A stretch of 64,000 nt of DNA from a virus. The notes beneath the pieces are model-generated. The model was not told the origin of the DNA and did no database searches. It saw only the letters and a list, made by a program, of their open reading frames with translations. This document shows, piece by piece, positions 63,804 to 64,000 of the stretch. The stretch lies in the IMG/VR virus record IMGVR_UViG_3300046311_000263, positions 13,376 through 77,375 of that record; one strand, 5' to 3'. Both the position numbers and the translations under genes were made by a program. Numbering within the stretch: position 1 is the stretch's first letter; every line of letters begins with the position of its first letter.

Positions 63804-64000
63804 CTAGGTTTGTACTTTATCTATTACTCTCTTATAGACGGATTGCCGCTTTCCTTGTCCTGGAATTCTTTTCTTATTCTCATAATGTTGATGGTCCGTA
63901 TACTTTTCTAGCCACACGATCTCGTCGTATATGACTGTTGGTAGGAACGCGAACTTAATTACTTTTCTAGAGTCGTTATTATTTGGATACGTAAATCTCA
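63804..64000 (-). CDS. Hypothetical protein, start at window edge
   Basis: RFTYPNNNDSRKVIKFAFLPTVIYDEIVWLEKY...; motif resembles 53457 ORF. Confidence 0.6.
   Translation of the reverse strand, partial: RFTYPNNNDSRKVIKFAFLPTVIYDEIVWLEKYTDHQHYENKKRIPGQGKRQSVYKRVIDKVQT

Overview
This window is part of a T5-like (Demerecviridae-type) siphophage genome. 1-12958 (+) is the replication and nucleotide-metabolism module: family A DNA polymerase (5'-truncated), D10 helicase, D11, D12/D13 SbcCD-like nuclease, glutaredoxin, D14, D15 flap endonuclease, dUTPase and a class II ribonucleotide reductase. 12999-49600 (-) is the late region: secreted esterase, PhoH, beta-helix protein, endolysin/holin, a non-T5 tail tip, tape measure, frameshifted tail chaperones, major tail protein, head-tail proteins, an in-frame protease-capsid fusion, portal, HNH nickase and terminase. 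From about 49800 the sequence becomes visibly more GC-rich and looks like the pre-early/terminal-repeat region. It holds many small + strand ORFs (dmp, two A2 paralogs, a DEDDh exonuclease, two SprT-like proteins, a bL12-CTD-like protein, a 43-aa prepilin mimic) separated by a dense family of repeats. The repeats include about 18 backward-facing sigma70-type promoters with no gene to transcribe, TGTAAC tandem boxes, GGG-N-CCC palindromes, and a cluster of SlmA-, Fur- and IHF-like sites. At 60350-61975 is a non-coding RNA operon: structured RNA, two tandem copies of tRNA-Glu each followed by a type I hammerhead ribozyme, a ~630-nt densely base-paired RNA, then a terminator. D3- and D2-like genes and a structured leader close the window. 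The strongest novelty candidates are the tRNA-hammerhead-large ncRNA operon, the decoy promoter/host-factor site array and the prepilin mimic. Homology calls rest on motif recognition and recalled T5 sequences and synteny; no database searches were run.
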